Made by a program: the position numbers and the translations under genes | DNA from: Octopus sinensis | Taxonomy: Eukaryota | Reading direction: 5' to 3' | Assembly (NCBI RefSeq): GCF_006345805.1 | Contig: NW_021827227.1 | Span: 1-10,936, forward strand | Length of the DNA: 10,936 nt | Notes under the pieces: generated by a model | The model's database searches: none | What the model was told of the DNA's origin: nothing | The model's input: the letters and a program-made list of their open reading frames with translations, nothing else | In this document: one piece after another, positions 8,145 to 10,936 of the stretch | Numbering within the stretch: position 1 is the first letter of the stretch | Layout of the letters: each line of letters opens with the position of its first letter

Positions 8145-8941
8145 GATGTCAGAGCACCAAAGGCCAGATATAGTAACCTTTAGGAGGGACAAACAAGAGT
8201 GCCTAATAATTGACGTAGCAGCGCCAGGAGATCAATATGTCCTCGGGAAAGAAAGAGAAAAAGTTGATAAATGCGGAGACCTGAGGATTGAGATCGTTAA
8301 GATGTGGCAGCTACGAGAGTCGAACGTAAAGTTCAATATCACCCAACCTGAAGAAACATCTGGAAACTTTAGAAATACCCTACAATCTAGGTGTATTGCA
8401 AAAGTCGGTATTCTCTCTCTTTACTCTTTTACTTGTTTCAGTCATTTGACTGCGGCCATGCTGGAGCACCGCCTTTAGTCGAGCAAATCGACCCCAGGAC
8501 TTATTTTTTGTAAGCCTAGTACTTATTGTATCGGTCTCTTTTGCCGAACCGCTAAGTTACGGATGACATAAACACACCAGCATCGGTTGTCAAGCAATGC
8601 TAGGGGGACAAACACAGACACACACACATACATATATACGACGGGCTTCTTTCAGTTTCCGTCTACCAAATCCACTCACAAGGCTTTGGTCGGCCCGAGG
8701 CTATAGTAGAAGACACTTGCCCAAGGTGCCACGCAGTGGGACTGAACCCGGAACGATGCGGTTGGTAAACAAGCTACTTACCACACAGCCATTCCTGTGC
8801 CTATTACTTGGAACTGCATGCATATTGCATGAAGTACTGTCTGTCTGAGGTTTTTATTGTGACTTGGCAAACAGTAAAAACCCCAGGTGGACATATCTTT
8901 AATCAACAACCCCACTATATTGTATACTGTGCAAAATCTAC
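8145..8941 (+). mobile_element. R4/Dong-like LINE 3' end, third subfamily, split by a SINE at 8413-8801
   Basis: HQRPDIVTF...CLIIDVAAPGD...EREKVDKCGDLRIEIVKMWQL / PNLKKHLETLEIPYNLGVLQKSV resumes after the SINE as LLGTACILHEVLSV* (stop 8848). The 3' end runs into (AAT)n at 8942. Confidence 0.8.
8413..8801 (-). mobile_element. tRNA-derived CORE-like SINE, inverted relative to 7726-8144
   Basis: Reverse complement aligns over the full length with 7726-8144. TATT is duplicated at 8409-8412 and 8802-8805. Confidence 0.9.
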
Positions 8942-8986
8942 AATAATAATAATAATAATAATAATAATGATATATATATATATATA
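8942..8986. repeat. (AAT)n followed by (TA)n
   Basis: Directly visible. Confidence 0.9.
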
Positions 8987-9323
8987 TTTATCAAAATAAA
9001 AACATGATGCAAAGGATTTAGCGGTACATATGTTTCTGGCTTTTATTAGATGGTTTATATCAATGCATAATTGATGTAATTTGTATGTCAACAGCCTTCT
9101 TCAGCCGCGTACAATCACTACTCCAAGGACATCTATTACATTATAAGTTTTACGTTGGGGATGCAAATCCTCATAGTCGTGTACCACAGAGTGAGGCACC
9201 AAAACAAAATTGAAGCGTCCATCCCGTTTTTCACTCGATACATTGATATAAACCGTCTAATAAAAGCCAGAAACATATGTACCGCTAAATCCTTTGCATC
9301 ATGTTTTTATTTTGATAAATATA
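8983..9323. mobile_element. Inverted-repeat unit (83-bp arms 8983-9065 and 9241-9323, 175-bp spacer), probably a Penelope pLTR remnant with an inverted end
   Basis: Arms match 82/83 as reverse complements, and the unit contains a hammerhead-like fold. The pLTR assignment is inference. Confidence 0.7.
9021..9108 (-). ncRNA. Type I hammerhead ribozyme-like motif, variant
   Basis: GCGG-CUGAAGA-A-GGCU...AGCC-A-GAAA-C-AUAU-GUA-CCGC. Stem I GCGG/CCGC, palindromic stem III ACAUAUGU, GUA cleavage triplet, but A.A replaces the usual G-C at the base of stem II. Confidence 0.62.
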
Positions 9324-9559
9324 CTCTATCACCTACACCACTAAATGGCATATACAGGTGCTTACAATTATCAAGTATTTACCCTGAATTTTTTGTACCC
9401 AACTCACCTATGTTGTCACCTGGATTGGATCCTATATTACCTTGACAACCTTTAGTACTTGATAAACCCAAAAATGACGATACAAAGGATTAACACCAAT
9501 TTCTCTCCCAAGGACATACCTCTTCACACCGATAAAGTATATATATATATATCTATATA

Positions 9560-10936
9560 TGAATAAATAAATGGAGTTTAACGCAGGTGTAATCAAATAT
9601 GTTTACTTTCTACACATGTTTCGAAAATTCCACTGATACTATTCAAAAGAATAAATGGTATAAACAATGCAATCTTCTCTTCAGGAAAGTGAAAAAAACG
9701 AAACTCGTCAATAAGACATTTTAGCAAAAAATGATGGATTTGTATAGCAATAGACAGAACGATATTAATATGTTTAAAAAACGTTATATGAATAACGTCA
9801 TAAGTAGCTAACAGAAAGAGTAGGGATATTAATAGTGAATGTTAAATATAAAGGAAATAAGTTTTAAATTATATATAACCGATAGAGACTACTTATATGT
9901 AATAAATGTTGTTTTTGCCAATGCGTACATCTGTATGCTCGCTCTATAACCGTGTTTACTAGAGTATTTAGAAAAAATAATGAAAAATAGCTCAGAATTG
10001 CAGAGAAGACAGAATTTCTTGCCTTTGTCATAAGGTATCGAAATTGAGAGGATCAACCATTCTAAATGAAATTGTTCATTGTGGTCTTTTAAATCCCAAA
10101 CAGTTTGCTGAGACCAGTACTATTACGTTTATCTATCCCTAAATTGAGTAATGGATTGAAATTCTTTTAGATAACTCTAACGATGTGCTTCCAATGTAAA
10201 ATCGTACTTTATTACGATACTGATTATACACTGGTATATAGAATTGTTAATCTTAGAGTTACTTGACACATAAACTTAATTCTATTGGAATTACTCAGAT
10301 ACAATAACTTGTTATTAATATTTCTAGAGGGTTGGATGGTATTAGCTAAATTAATGTTAGTATTAGTAAATGTATTAATATTTAACAGTTTGTTATTATG
10401 AGAAGAGATAATTTGCAAGAGATTTTTTGGTGTTTTGAAAAACCTATCCTAACCTTATGTGAATTGATAATAGAGTAATATCTAGAATTGTTTGGAAAAT
10501 TCCTAGCAATAGCTTGATGAAACAGCGTGGGAGATTAGATTTAATTTGTCTCCCGTAGGAATTATTAACCAAATATTTTATAGTATATACATAGCGAATT
10601 ACTTTTGAAGGTGTTATATTTACTTTTGAGATCGAAATAGGGGATTAAATAAGGGTTATCTGCCTTCATTCGCTTTGGATCGGTGCGTAAGTTATGTTTG
10701 TTATCAAGATTCTTTTACGACTAGAAATCTTATCTACATTATTGAATTTACAATTAGACTGAGCAGAATCAATGTAGAAAATTTTCTCTGTATAACCTGC
10801 TTTGATTAAGGGCAGAGTTATAGAATTCAGCATTATTATTGAAATATCAACATTAGCAGATAATTTATATCATCTAAATGAAATATTCTTAACTAAGTTC
10901 TTAGTAATTGCTCCAGGATGATTACTAAATTGCTAA
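9560..10936 (-). mobile_element. Decayed Penelope-like element (RT thumb, linker, GIY-YIG endonuclease, 3' pLTR); continues beyond the window
   Basis: Minus-strand fragments across frameshifts and stops: SNHPGAITKNLVKNISFR (from 10926), LFNPLF (10652-10635), NFPNNSRYYSIINSHKVRIGFS, QIISSHNNKLL, IYQC (10239-10228) / FYIGSTS (from 10201), NSTGLSK / WDLKD...EWLIL...PYDKGKKFCLLCNSELFFII (CLLC 10011-10000). These match the Penelope RT to GIY-YIG motif order. Confidence 0.85.
9605..9690 (-). ncRNA. Type I hammerhead ribozyme in a Penelope-like pLTR
   Basis: ACUUUC-CUGAAGA-GAAGAUU...AAUUUUC-GAAA-C-AUGU-GUA-GAAAGU. Complete core, 6-bp stem I, 7-bp stem II with nested helices, palindromic ACAUGU stem III. 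Predicted cleavage between 9611 and 9610. Confidence 0.85.

Noticed and set aside
9633-9716. Plus-strand hammerhead using CGAAACTCGTC
   Set aside because: The upstream CTGATAC does not match CUGANGA and stem I cannot form.

Overview
AT-rich, microsatellite-dense eukaryotic DNA, most likely cephalopod (Octopus-like); this is inferred from the repeat families and is not proven. The only host-gene sequence I can support is one minus-strand coding exon (4321-4025), encoding a Pro/Tyr/Gly-repeat N-terminus plus poly-Q, with splice signals on both sides. The rest is a nested mosaic of mobile DNA: tRNA-derived SINEs, a CR1 3' end, four R4/Dong-like LINE 3' ends with a restriction-like endonuclease next to (AAT)n arrays, a possible L1/Tx1 3' end, two TIR elements carrying telomere-like TTAGGG cores, and a decayed Penelope-like element (RT thumb plus GIY-YIG). 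Highlights: two minus-strand type I hammerhead ribozyme folds (9690-9605 canonical; 9108-9021 variant), an 83-bp inverted duplication covering the 3' half of the second ribozyme, and a near-perfect palindrome of about 296 bp (449-745). All alignments, translations and folds were done by eye, and family names are unverified by database search.
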